Positions 18,965-28,562 of a stretch of 64,000 nt of DNA are shown here, piece by piece (position 1 is the first letter of the stretch; the number at the start of each line of letters is the position of its first letter). Below the pieces are notes generated by a model. The model ran no database searches, was not told the DNA's origin, and saw only the letters and a list, made by a program, of their open reading frames with translations. The stretch is from the NCBI GenBank assembly GCA_016287565.1, contig JAEFAM010000001.1, positions 73,344 through 137,343 on the forward strand, given 5' to 3'. The DNA comes from Clostridia bacterium (lineage in GTDB: Bacteria; Bacillota; Clostridia; UBA1212; UBA1255). Position numbers and translations under genes: made by a program.

Positions 18965-19855
18965 ATGGTACAGATAGTCAGCGTTAGATTCCGCCAGGCG
19001 GGAAGGACCTACTCCTTCAGCCCCGACGGGCTCGATATAAAGAAAGGCATGCACGTGATCGTGGAAACGATGCACGGGCCCGAGTACGGCGAGGCGGTCA
19101 CGGACGTGCGGGAAGTCGAAGACGATACCGTGGTGCAGCCGCTCCGGGACGTGATAAGGATCGCCACCCCGGCGGACGACGAGACGAACGAAGAGAACTG
19201 CCGCAGAGAAGAGGAAGCTTTCGTGATCTGCAGGGACGAAGTGGAAAAGTTCGGCCTGGAGATGAAGCTGATCAACGCGGAATACACATTCGACCTCAGC
19301 AAGCTGCTAATATATTTCGTGGCGGAAAACCGCATCGATTTCCGCGAACTGGTAAAGGACCTGGCGTCCATCTTCCGCACCCGCATCGAGCTGAGGCAGG
19401 TGGGATCGAGGGACCAGGCACGCACCGTGGGAGGCCTTGGCATCTGCGGCAGGGTGATCTGCTGCGCTTCTGCAATGAACGATTTTCAGCCTGTTTCCAT
19501 AAAAATGGCTAAAACGCAGGGCTTTTCCCTCAGCCCTTCTAAAATTTCCGGCACCTGCGGCCGCCTGATGTGCTGCCTGAAATACGAGCAGGACGCCTAC
19601 GAGGACGCCATGAAGCGCGTTCCGGCGGAAGGGTCCCTGGTGGAGACTCCGATGGGCAGGGGCGTAGTGACCGAGGCGGATTATCTGCGTGAAAGAGTGA
19701 AGGTCAATCTCGAGACCAGCGACGACTCGGGAGACGTGGAGCTTTTTGACGCGGCGGAAGTCACCAGCATCGGCAGGCGCAAGAAGAACGGGGGCAACGC
19801 TCCGTCGGCGGTCTCGCCGGAGGAAGAGGCGGAGTTCCGGAAATTGTCCGAATGA
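18965..19855 (+). CDS. ricT: Regulatory iron-sulfur-containing complex subunit RicT (YaaT; PSP1 domain)
   Basis: The N-terminus MVQIVSVRFRQAGRTYSF matches YaaT (MYDVIGVRFKKAGKIYYF), and the conserved CGR(V/M)xCC...CGRLMCCLKYE region is present. The track's TTG start at 18923 is probably an over-extension. Confidence 0.85.
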   Translation: MVQIVSVRFRQAGRTYSFSPDGLDIKKGMHVIVETMHGPEYGEAVTDVREVEDDTVVQPLRDVIRIATPADDETNEENCRREEEAFVICRDEVEKFGLEMKLINAEYTFDLSKLLIYFVAENRIDFRELVKDLASIFRTRIELRQVGSRDQARTVGGLGICGRVICCASAMNDFQPVSIKMAKTQGFSLSPSKISGTCGRLMCCLKYEQDAYEDAMKRVPAEGSLVETPMGRGVVTEADYLRERVKVNLETSDDSGDVELFDAAEVTSIGRRKKNGGNAPSAVSPEEEAEFRKLSE

Positions 19856-19949
19856 GGGACGAATAAAGTTTGCGGTGCGGCAAACGGCGCGGCAAACAGT
19901 ACGGTAAGCAGGACGGCAAACGGGTCTGCAAACGGGATGGAAAGCGAAA

Positions 19950-21233
19950 ATGAACGGATCTGCTAATTTGGATCAGAGATATGAGGAAGCCCGCGGGCGG
20001 CTGGAAAAATACGGCCAGGACGGGCTTCTTGCCTGTTACGGCGAACTGGACGAGGCGGGGAAAGAGCGGCTCCTTAAAGACGTGGAGGAGCTGGATCTGG
20101 AACTGATGGAGCGGCTGTTCGCGAAAACGGCGAAGCATCAGGAGGGCGGCGAGGTGCTGGCCTCCGAGCTCAGGCCGCTGAAACCTGTTGACAGCGGGAA
20201 ATTGACGGCGGACGAGCGGGAAAGGCTGGAAAAACTGGGGCTGGAGGCCATTGCCCGAGGAAAACTGGCGGTGTTGACCATGGCCGGCGGCCAGGGCACG
20301 CGGCTGGGCCACGACGGGCCGAAAGGGACATTCGACATAGGATTGCCCTCGCATAAATCGCTGTTCGAGCTCCATTGCGACAAACTTCGCGCCGTGTCGG
20401 AGCGCGCGGGCAGTTTCGTGCCCTGGTACATTATGACCAGCGACATCAACCACGCCGCTACCGAAGCTTTTTTCGAGGAGCACGGCTTTTTCGGATATCC
20501 CCGGGACAAGGTCCGCTTCTTCCCGCAGACGATGATCCCGCCCATGACTCCCGATGGAAAGCTCAGGCTGGAGCGGCCGGACAAGGTCCTGAAGAGCCCC
20601 AACGGCAACGGCGGCATGTTCGTTTCTCTTAAGAAGCAGGGCTGCCTGGAAGAGCTTCGGGCCGCAGGGATCGAATATCTGATGGTGGTGGGCGTTGACA
20701 ACTGCCTCATCAAAATGGCGGATCCGCTGTTCCTGGGGGCGCTGATCGACGCGCCGGAGGCGGAGGCCATTGCCAAATCGTACCTGAAGCGCGGGCCCGG
20801 CGAGAAAGCAGGCATCTTCTGTTTCCGGGGAGGGACGCCCTGCGTGGTGGAATATACGGAGGTGCCGGAAGAGGCGGCGGTCCTTAAGGATGAGAACGGA
20901 GAGTACGTTTACGGCGACTGCAACCTTCTGGCGTACGTTTTCCGCATGGACACGGTGGAGAGGCTGTGCGGCGCGGGAATGGATTATCATATCGCGGTGA
21001 AAAAGATCAAATATTACGATCCGGCTTCCGGCGAAGAGAAGGAGCAGCCGGGCAGCTTCAAGTTCGAAATGTTCCTTTTCGACGCTTTCAAGGCGCTCAA
21101 AGGCGAGAACGGGCTGAAAGTGCTGCGCGTGGAACGGATCGACGAATTTGCCCCGGTGAAGAATCTGACAGGCGAAGACAGCGCGGAACTTGCCCGGGAA
21201 ATGTTTATGGATTACGGGAAAAGGTCGGGAAAT
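19950..21233 (+). CDS. UDP-N-acetylhexosamine/UDP-sugar pyrophosphorylase (eukaryotic UAP1-type). No stop codon separates it from the downstream IDH gene.
   Basis: It carries LTMAGGQGTRLGHDGPKGTFDIGLPSHKSLFEL, which is UAP1-like. About 428 codons run in-frame straight into the IDH reading frame. Confidence 0.6.
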
Positions 21234-22457
21234 ATGAGTGATATTAAGAAAATTTCCAAAATAGCCATGAAAACTCCTCTGGTGGAGATGGACGGAGACG
21301 AAATGACCCGGGTGATTTGGGCGAAGATAAAGGATATCGTGATCAGGCCATTCGTTGACCTGAAGACGGAATATTACGACCTTTCGATCATGAACCGGGA
21401 CGCTACAGACGACAAGGTGACAGTGGAGAGCGCGGAGGCCACTAAGAAGTACGGTGTGGCGGTCAAGTGCGCTACCATCACGGCCAACGACGCCAGGCAG
21501 CAGGAGTTCGGCCTCAAAAAGCTCTGGAAGAGCCCCAACGCTACCATCAGGGCAATACTTGACGGCACGGTCTTCCGGGCGCCTATACTGGTGGATGGGA
21601 TCACGCCTCTGGTCCCCGGCTGGAAGAAGCCCATCGTCATTGCCAGGCACGCCTACGGAGACATTTATTCCGCAGTTGACGCAGTGGTGCCGAAGGGGTC
21701 GAAGGCCGAGTTGGTCATCACCGACGCCACGGGCAACGAAAAGCGGCTGACGGTGAAGGAATTCAGCGCTTCCGACGGTGTCGTTATGGGAATGCACAAT
21801 ACGAACGCGTCCATCGCCAATTTCGCCAGGGCCTGCTTCCAGTACGCGCTTGACCTGGGCGTGGATCTGTGGTTCTCCGCGAAAGACACGATCTCGAAGG
21901 TGTACGACGGCAATTTCCGCAGCGTTTTTGCGCAGATCTATGAAAATGAATATAAAACCCGGTTCGAGGACGCGGGCATCAGTTACTTCTACACGCTGGT
22001 GGACGACGCCATCGCCAGAGTTATGAAGTCCGAAGGCGGCTTCCTGTGGGCCTGCAAGAATTACGACGGAGACGTGTTCTCGGATATGCTGGCAACGGCT
22101 TTCGGCAGCCTTGCCATGATGACGTCGGTGCTGGTGTCTCCGGAGGGTTATTACGAATACGAGGCCGCCCACGGCACGATCCCCAGGCATTATCACAAAT
22201 ATCTGCGGGGAGAGGCCACTTCCACCAATCCCGTGGCAACGCTTTTCGCCTGGACCGGGGCGCTGGCCAAGCGCGGCGAACTGGACGATATCCCGGATCT
22301 GGTGGAGTTCGCCAAAAAGACGGAAAAGGTCACGCTGGAAGCCATCGCCGAGGGCAATATGACCGGCGACCTGGCGCTGATCTCTACCCTTCCCGAAAAG
22401 CGGGTAATGAACCTCGACGAATTCCTGGGCGAAGTTGCCAGGAGACTGGCCGAGTGA
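21234..22457 (+). CDS. icd: NADP-dependent isocitrate dehydrogenase (dimeric eukaryotic-like subfamily)
   Basis: It aligns end to end with IDH1/IDH2 (MSDIKKISK...VEMDGDEMTRVIW...KCATITANDARQQEFGLKKLWKSPNATIR...). It has its own AAAGG ribosome-binding site and ATG. Confidence 0.85.
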   Translation: MSDIKKISKIAMKTPLVEMDGDEMTRVIWAKIKDIVIRPFVDLKTEYYDLSIMNRDATDDKVTVESAEATKKYGVAVKCATITANDARQQEFGLKKLWKSPNATIRAILDGTVFRAPILVDGITPLVPGWKKPIVIARHAYGDIYSAVDAVVPKGSKAELVITDATGNEKRLTVKEFSASDGVVMGMHNTNASIANFARACFQYALDLGVDLWFSAKDTISKVYDGNFRSVFAQIYENEYKTRFEDAGISYFYTLVDDAIARVMKSEGGFLWACKNYDGDVFSDMLATAFGSLAMMTSVLVSPEGYYEYEAAHGTIPRHYHKYLRGEATSTNPVATLFAWTGALAKRGELDDIPDLVEFAKKTEKVTLEAIAEGNMTGDLALISTLPEKRVMNLDEFLGEVARRLAE

Positions 22458-22460
22458 TAT

Positions 22461-22581
22461 TCCGAAAATACCGGTAAATTCTTGTAATTTCCGGGAAATA
22501 TCCGGAAATGCCGGTAAATTTCCGAAAACTCCGGGAAAAGTCGGGAAATATTACGGTATTTCCCGGGAAATGCGGGAAAAT
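22461..22581. promoter_or_regulatory. Tandem 10-bp-periodic repeat tract (nCCGGnAAAT, about 12 units, including the palindrome ATTTCCCGGGAAAT), upstream of 22639
   Basis: The sequence was read directly. Confidence 0.5.
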
Positions 22582-22638
22582 CAGACCGAACGGTAAAAAA
22601 GAAGCGAAAATATATAACATTGCAAAGGGGACGACAAT

Positions 22639-23367
22639 ATGAAAAAGATCGGTATCCAGCTTTACTCCGTTGGCGGAGAAATGGCCAGAAGCGTGCCTGA
22701 AACGCTGAAAAAAGTTGCCGGGCTCGGCTACAGCCAGGTGGAATTCGCCGGATATTTCGGCGTTGACGCCCGGGAAATGAAAAAGATGCTGGACGAGTAC
22801 GGCCTGGAAGCCGTCAGCTCCCACGCCAACGTGGTGGGAAATCTTGACGCGGAACTGGAATATATGCAGACCGTAGGGGCGAAGAATATCGCCTGCGCCG
22901 GGATCGGAGATTTCAACAGCCATGACAACGTGCTGCGCATTGCTGAACTGTTCAATTCCATCGGCGAAAAGTGCGAAAAGGCCGGTATACATTTTAGTTA
23001 TCACAACCATTCTCACGAGTTTGCCCGGGACGAAGAGGGCAAATGGCTCCTGGACGTGCTGTACGAGAACACGGACCCGAAGCTGGTCAATGTGCAGCTT
23101 GACGTTTGCTGGGCGCTGGTGGGCGGCGCGGATCCCGTGGCGTACCTGGCGAAATACAAGGACAGGGTCAAAATGGTCCATATGAAAGAGGTCAAGACGG
23201 TCTCGCCTTACGAGGGCACGGCTATTGGTATGGGGCTGGTGGATTTCCCCGGCATCTACAAACTTCTGGGCGACGACGTGCTGTACATCGTGGAGCAGGA
23301 GGGGCTTCCTCATATGGAGACCTGGGAAGGGCTTCGCAGGAGCGTGGAATATCTGAAAGCGCTTTAA
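22639..23367 (+). CDS. Sugar phosphate isomerase/epimerase (xylose-isomerase-like TIM barrel)
   Basis: A 242-aa protein with the typical AP-endonuclease-2/xylose-isomerase-like motif spacing (metal-ligand H/E/D positions). Confidence 0.7.
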   Translation: MKKIGIQLYSVGGEMARSVPETLKKVAGLGYSQVEFAGYFGVDAREMKKMLDEYGLEAVSSHANVVGNLDAELEYMQTVGAKNIACAGIGDFNSHDNVLRIAELFNSIGEKCEKAGIHFSYHNHSHEFARDEEGKWLLDVLYENTDPKLVNVQLDVCWALVGGADPVAYLAKYKDRVKMVHMKEVKTVSPYEGTAIGMGLVDFPGIYKLLGDDVLYIVEQEGLPHMETWEGLRRSVEYLKAL

Positions 23368-23372
23368 GCGGC

Positions 23373-23402
23373 GGCGAACGGGGGACAGACTTGCGTTCGC
23401 TT
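23373..23402. repeat. REP-like repeat (GCGAACGGGGGACAGACTTGCGTTCGC; the flanks form a 7-bp inverted repeat)
   Basis: The sequence was read directly. Confidence 0.8.
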
Positions 23403-23502
23403 CATTAAACATCAAAAAGACCGGCGGACAGGAAAACGTCCGCCGGTCTTTTCGTTTTTTCAGGGCCTAATATCAGGCCTCAGTCCCGGTCGTTGCCGGA
23501 GA

Positions 23503-24939
23503 TCATTTTTTCTTCTTTTTGGCAATGATGAGCACGACCGCGACTATTACCGCGACTGCCACGGCGATGCCGACGATGGCGTAGACCAGGCCGTTGTTCT
23601 TGGACTTGTCGTCCTTGTTATCCTTGTCATCCTTATTGTCATCCTTGTTGTCGTCGCCTTTTTCAGGGGTCTTGTCAACGGGAGCGTCGGTGGCAACAGC
23701 CTGCTCGGTGGGTTCCGCGGCCTCGGGCGTTGCCGGTACTTCGGTGACTACTACTTCGTGAGTTGCGATGGGTTCTGCGGTAGGCGCTTTGGTTGGAACG
23801 GGCGCTTCGGTGGGGAACGCCGCGTCGCCTTCGGCCAGCCACTTTTCGCCGAAATCATTGGCCGCGGCTTCGTTGGTGAAGAAGGCTATGTAGTAAAGCT
23901 CATATTCGCAGGGTTCGGAGCAGGCGCTGAATGGGTCGAGGCGGCTGTCGGCCATCGTGCCGTCCCACTTCTTGTTCTTGCCCACGTTGATATTTACGAA
24001 CTGCAGTTCATCGGTGGATTTGTAATCGAACAGAATGTCCTTGTCCTCGCCGAAGCTCGAGTTCTTGTCGGTCTGGAAATAGAACTGGCCTCTGTCGCCG
24101 GTGGCGGCGTTGATGCGGACGCCCAGCTGGATTACTTTATAGACGCTGGTGTCGATTTCGAGCGGTTCGTCGTCAACGAGCACGGAGGTGAACATAAGCA
24201 CGATCCAGGGGTCGCCGACTTTATCCATCTCGATGACCGCGCAGCCCTTGCTTTCGTCAATGTATGCGTCTGAGATCTGGTTCCGCTGCATTCCTAAGAA
24301 AGAGGAGTAAGCTTCTTCGTCGTTGAGGCGGAGGATCGGGCCGGGGGCGTTGTCAAGAGAGGAGGGATCGGGCTCTTCCGTGGGCTCGGGAGTGGCTTTG
24401 ACCAGGCTGCCGTCCGCGCTGTATTCGACAGAGAGGGGCAGGAAGGTGTTATCTGAGGTCACGATATTCGATACCATCTTGACGATCGTGCCGTCTTCGA
24501 ACTGGATCAGGAAGTCGATGGTGTGGTTGCCGGTCAGCGCAGAAACGTCAACGGTGATCTGATAGCGGCTTACGTAGCTGCAGCCGGCATTCGTCGCCGC
24601 GGCGTAAACAGCATCTTCGGTATTGGCCTTGAAATCTTCGCTGACAACAGGCTCGCCTTCGTCGATCATATAGCCGAAGCCTGTGATATCCTGGCCGTTG
24701 GCCGCGGCCCAGCCGCGCACGCCAACGGTCTGGAGGGGTCCGCCTACGGCGCCGAAGTCTTCTATATACGACAACGGATCAGCGGGGGCGTTTTTGCCGT
24801 CAAGCTGGAGGGCGTCCCAGAGCACGATCAGCGTGGAGCCGAAATCTGAGAATTCGAGCACTTCAGCTGCCGAAGCCCCGGTAACAGTAAAGAGTGACGC
24901 TAACATCACGATGACCAGTAAAATGCTGATTTTTTTCAT
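23503..24939 (-). CDS. Secreted cell-surface protein with an N-terminal signal peptide, a C-terminal transmembrane anchor and a KKKKK tail
   Basis: The likely start is MKKISILLVIVML..., preceded by a GAGG ribosome-binding site. The protein has a Pro/Thr/Glu-rich linker and a KDDNKDD repeat. Its function is unknown. Confidence 0.6.
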   Translation of the reverse strand: MKKISILLVIVMLASLFTVTGASAAEVLEFSDFGSTLIVLWDALQLDGKNAPADPLSYIEDFGAVGGPLQTVGVRGWAAANGQDITGFGYMIDEGEPVVSEDFKANTEDAVYAAATNAGCSYVSRYQITVDVSALTGNHTIDFLIQFEDGTIVKMVSNIVTSDNTFLPLSVEYSADGSLVKATPEPTEEPDPSSLDNAPGPILRLNDEEAYSSFLGMQRNQISDAYIDESKGCAVIEMDKVGDPWIVLMFTSVLVDDEPLEIDTSVYKVIQLGVRINAATGDRGQFYFQTDKNSSFGEDKDILFDYKSTDELQFVNINVGKNKKWDGTMADSRLDPFSACSEPCEYELYYIAFFTNEAAANDFGEKWLAEGDAAFPTEAPVPTKAPTAEPIATHEVVVTEVPATPEAAEPTEQAVATDAPVDKTPEKGDDNKDDNKDDKDNKDDKSKNNGLVYAIVGIAVAVAVIVAVVLIIAKKKKK

Positions 24940-25032
24940 TGTAATAACCTCTGTTTCGGTTGGTTTTTGAATGTTGAGATTATAGCGCAAAAATGCGAAA
25001 GTGTCAATCGAAGTGCCGTCAAACGGTTCGCC

Positions 25033-25075
25033 GAACGGGTGACAGACTTGGGGTTCGCACAGACTTGGGTTTCGC
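25033..25075. repeat. REP-like repeats (2 copies, the GTGACAGACTTGG variant)
   Basis: The sequence was read directly. Confidence 0.7.
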
Positions 25076-25271
25076 AGCTAAATTCACCCTTCGGGCGAGC
25101 TAAATTGGATCCTGCGGATCCAGCTAAATTCCGCTGCGCGGAGCTAAATTCGTCCTGACGGACGAGCGATGTGGAAAGGGGACAGACTTGAGTTTCACAG
25201 CTAAATTCACCCTTCGGGTGAGCTAAATTGGATCCTGCGGAGCCGGCTGAATTCGTTCTAAAGAACGAGCG
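25076..25271. repeat. Composite hairpin array. The punctuation AGCTAAATT separates four short GC hairpins (cacccttcgggtg, ggatcctgcggatcc, ccgctgcgcgg, cgtcctgacggacg). There are two tandem units, each primed by a REP copy.
   Basis: The sequence was read directly. The same array, inverted, lies at 30573-30665. Confidence 0.7.
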
Positions 25272-25362
25272 ATATTCAAGCTTTCATACAATTAAATAAT
25301 ATGATAAAATACACCAGAGGCGGCGAAAGCGATTGCCCCGTCGCGAAAAGAAAAGGCGTTTT

Positions 25363-27465
25363 ATGACAGAGAAATTCAGGGACGAGCTCAGCCGGGTGCC
25401 CGAAAAGCCCGGTGTATATATAATGCACGACAGCGCGGACAAGATATTGTACGTCGGCAAGGCCATTGTCCTGAAAAACCGCCTGAAATCCTACTTCTCG
25501 GAAACGCCCCACAGCGCCCGGATCACTTCGATGATCTCCCAGATCCACCGGTTCGAGTACATCGTGTGCGACAGCGAGATGGAAGCGCTGCTGCTGGAAA
25601 ACAACCTCATCAAAAAACACAAGCCCAAATACAACGTGATGCTGAAGGACGACAAGGGCTACCCCTACATCAAAGTGACGCTGGGGGAGCGTTTTCCGCG
25701 GGTCGTGCTGGCGAGAAAGATCGAAAAGGACGGCGCCAGGTACTTCGGGCCGTATTTCAGCGGATACACCGTAAAACAGCTGCTGGAAACGCTGGAAAGC
25801 ATTGTCCCGCTCCGCACCTGCCGCAAGATATTCAGAATGCCGGCGGGGTCTGGGATATCGGGCGCCGAGCTGAACGACAGGCCCTGCCTGAATTATCACA
25901 TAGGGCGTTGCCGCGGCGTGTGCGCGGGCAAGATCTCGGACGAGGAGTACGGCGAGATGGTGTCGCTGGCGCTGGATTTTCTGTCGGGCAACACTAAAGA
26001 GGCGGAGGAGCGGCTCCGGGTCAATATGATGGCTGCGGCGGAGCGGCTGGAGTTCGAAGCTGCGGCGGAGTACCGGGAGCGGCTGAAGGCGCTGGCGGCG
26101 CTCAGGGAGCGGCAAAAGACGTCCCTCATAGGGGACGACGATTTCGACGCGGTGGCTGCGGCCAAAAACGGCGTTGACGCCTGCGTGCAGGTGTTTTTCG
26201 TGCGGTCGGGCAAGGTCCTCGGCCGGGAGTTTTTCATTTTCGACGGGGCGGCGGACGCGTCGGACGGGGAACTGATCGAGGCATTTTTGAAGGGCTTCTA
26301 CAACGAAAACCAGTTCGTGCCGCCGAAAATATATATTGACGCGCCACTGGACGAGGAAGGGACCGCAGCGGAAGACGCTGCCGTTAGATCTGCTGCGGCG
26401 GACAACGCGAACTCGACCGAAACAGTTGCGATCGACGGGGACAACGCGGCCGCCCCCGCGGTTGACGCCTCCGACGCAGTCGAATCCGTTGCTGCCCCCG
26501 AACACACCACCAGAGCCCTTCTGGAGCAGGCCCTGGGCAACCTCCGGGGCGGAAGAGTCCGCATCATCCTCCCCATAAAAGGCGACAAGAAAAAGATCTG
26601 CGCCCTGGTGCGCGAAAACGCCGCCCAGGCGCTGGAGAACCGCGAAAAAGCCGCCCTCACCGGAAAACCCTCCGAGCGCGAGACCCGGGCATTGTCCCAC
26701 ATCCAGGAGATCTTCGGGCTGCCGGAGCTTCCCGGCCGCATCGAATCATATGATATCTCCAACCAGGGCGACAGCGAGATCGACGCTTCGATGGTGGTGT
26801 TCATCGGCGGAAAACCCGCCAAATCCGAGTACCGGCTGTTCAAAATGAAGCGCGTTAACGCCAGGAGCGACACGGATTCCATGACGGAGACCATAGAGCG
26901 GCGGGTGAAAAGGCTGCTGGAAGGCAGCGCGGGATTCGATCAGAAGCCGGACCTTATATTGGCCGACGGCGGTATCGGGCAGGTCAACGCGGTTGCCGCG
27001 GTGCTTAGGGAGAACGGGATCGCCGTGCCGGTGCTGGGCATGGTCAAGGACGACCGCCACCGTTCGAGGGCGCTTTGCGGGCCGCGGAATTACGGGGAAG
27101 ACGTGGAAAAAAGCGGGGGACAATTGCCGTTGACCCGGGACGGTTCGGTGGAATTCGATCTGCGGACCGATCCGGACGTATGGCGGTTCATCACCACTGT
27201 GCAGGACGAAACGCACCGGGTGGCCGTGGGGTACAACAGGAAATTGACGGAAAAGCGGTATAAAAAGTCTGCGCTGGACGACGTTCCGGGCGTAGGCGAG
27301 AAGCTGAAACTGCTGCTTTACAAGGAATTCGGAAGCATTGCCGCCATCAGAGAGGCCTCTGCGGAGGAGCTCACGCGGGTCCCGGGAATAGGGAAAGAGA
27401 AGGCGGAGCAGATCTACAACGCGTTTCACGAAAAAGAAAAAGAAAGCGAAAAAACCGGGCCCTGA
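25363..27465 (+). CDS. uvrC: Excinuclease ABC subunit C
   Basis: The GIY-YIG N-terminus (GVYIMHDSADKILYVGKA), a UvrBC-interaction region, RNase-H-like and HhH domains are present. The start at MTEKF has an AAAGG ribosome-binding site. An Ala/Asp-rich insertion lies at about residues 330-395. Confidence 0.95.
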   Translation: MTEKFRDELSRVPEKPGVYIMHDSADKILYVGKAIVLKNRLKSYFSETPHSARITSMISQIHRFEYIVCDSEMEALLLENNLIKKHKPKYNVMLKDDKGYPYIKVTLGERFPRVVLARKIEKDGARYFGPYFSGYTVKQLLETLESIVPLRTCRKIFRMPAGSGISGAELNDRPCLNYHIGRCRGVCAGKISDEEYGEMVSLALDFLSGNTKEAEERLRVNMMAAAERLEFEAAAEYRERLKALAALRERQKTSLIGDDDFDAVAAAKNGVDACVQVFFVRSGKVLGREFFIFDGAADASDGELIEAFLKGFYNENQFVPPKIYIDAPLDEEGTAAEDAAVRSAAADNANSTETVAIDGDNAAAPAVDASDAVESVAAPEHTTRALLEQALGNLRGGRVRIILPIKGDKKKICALVRENAAQALENREKAALTGKPSERETRALSHIQEIFGLPELPGRIESYDISNQGDSEIDASMVVFIGGKPAKSEYRLFKMKRVNARSDTDSMTETIERRVKRLLEGSAGFDQKPDLILADGGIGQVNAVAAVLRENGIAVPVLGMVKDDRHRSRALCGPRNYGEDVEKSGGQLPLTRDGSVEFDLRTDPDVWRFITTVQDETHRVAVGYNRKLTEKRYKKSALDDVPGVGEKLKLLLYKEFGSIAAIREASAEELTRVPGIGKEKAEQIYNAFHEKEKESEKTGP

Positions 27466-27552
27466 TGAGCCCGGCTCGAGAAAATCGTCGATCGAATGAA
27501 CGTTCCGGCAGGGCCGCCTTCGGAAAAAACTCCGGCGGAAGGCCGCGGCCGG

Positions 27553-28521
27553 TCAATGCTTCGTGGTCATCTCCAGTTCGATATTAAAAAATCCGCTCCG
27601 GAGCTGATCCGGGACCTGCCTGCCGCTCCTGACTTCCACCGCGCTTCCGTCAACGAATTCGAAAGTCAGCTTTTTGTTCTCGTTCAGCTGATAGCCGTTG
27701 TCCGGCAGTTCCGCCCAGGCCAAAAGCCCCGTGTCAACTATATTCTTCTTGATGGCATCCACGGTCTCTTTGTCCACCGGTTTGGCGCTTTCGAACACCC
27801 GGGAACCGTCGTAGCAGGCCTGCTTTTCATTGACGCCGCAACCGTCCGCGCCGATGGTCAGCGCCGCCTGCGTAAAGCCGCCGCTGTCCCGCACTTCTTC
27901 GAACCGTATCGTTTTCAGCGCCTCCGCGTCAGGCAGGGTCGATTTTTCGCCGGCAAGTATTTTTCTGAACAGTTTTGCCATTTCGCGGCCTTCTTCCGGC
28001 GAAAGCACCGGGGTCTGGTTGTCGGAAAAGCTGATATTTTCACCGTCCGCATAACGAATATCCACCGAACCGCCGAAATCTTCCGGCAATCCGTGGGTCC
28101 GGGAATGATAGCCGTTGTCCCTGGCCAGGTCATGGGCGCGGACAAATTCCGTCAGAAGCGGGAAGATATTGCCCCGGACAAGCGCCCAGACCGTGTCTTT
28201 CTGGCCGTACATAGCGTAGCCTCGGGAGGTCTCTAAAAGGACGAAAGTGTTGCCGCCCGCGGGAGCCGCGAATGCCGAAACGAACCAGAGGGGCTCGGCG
28301 TCTTCACGATCCTCGTTCGAAGCGGAAGCGGAACGCCCCAGCGCCGAACCGGCGGAGAAAAAGATCATTTCGTCCGAAGTGATCGTCCTGGGAGCCCGTG
28401 TGTCCCGGGTGGCGTCCGTGCCGCCGCACTCGCCGGGCCTGGTCTGCTTCAGCACTACAACGTGGCTTTTTTCACCGTTATTTTGCTTATTATTGTTTTT
28501 GTGAAATAAATTTTTAAACAT
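27553..28521 (-). CDS. Hypothetical protein
   Basis: A 322-aa ORF downstream of the lipoprotein gene, in the same orientation. Confidence 0.45.
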   Translation of the reverse strand: MFKNLFHKNNNKQNNGEKSHVVVLKQTRPGECGGTDATRDTRAPRTITSDEMIFFSAGSALGRSASASNEDREDAEPLWFVSAFAAPAGGNTFVLLETSRGYAMYGQKDTVWALVRGNIFPLLTEFVRAHDLARDNGYHSRTHGLPEDFGGSVDIRYADGENISFSDNQTPVLSPEEGREMAKLFRKILAGEKSTLPDAEALKTIRFEEVRDSGGFTQAALTIGADGCGVNEKQACYDGSRVFESAKPVDKETVDAIKKNIVDTGLLAWAELPDNGYQLNENKKLTFEFVDGSAVEVRSGRQVPDQLRSGFFNIELEMTTKH

Positions 28522-28562
28522 TTTTCAAAAAACCCTTCGGTCCATAATTCGGTTTCGGCGCG

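Noticed and set aside
17784-22196. Minus-strand ORFs of 381 and 811 aa opposite holB/ricT and opposite the UAP/IDH genes
   Set aside because: They are antisense to genes with strong homology. They are Arg/Pro/Gly-rich shadow frames.
25076-25271. A possible CRISPR array, as a short repeat separating short unique-looking segments
   Set aside because: The 9-nt 'repeat' is too short, and the 'spacers' are perfect palindromes that are identical between the copies at 25 kb and 30.6 kb. There are no cas genes. It was reclassified as a composite hairpin repeat.
25276-26700. A 474-aa minus-strand ORF
   Set aside because: It is antisense to uvrC.
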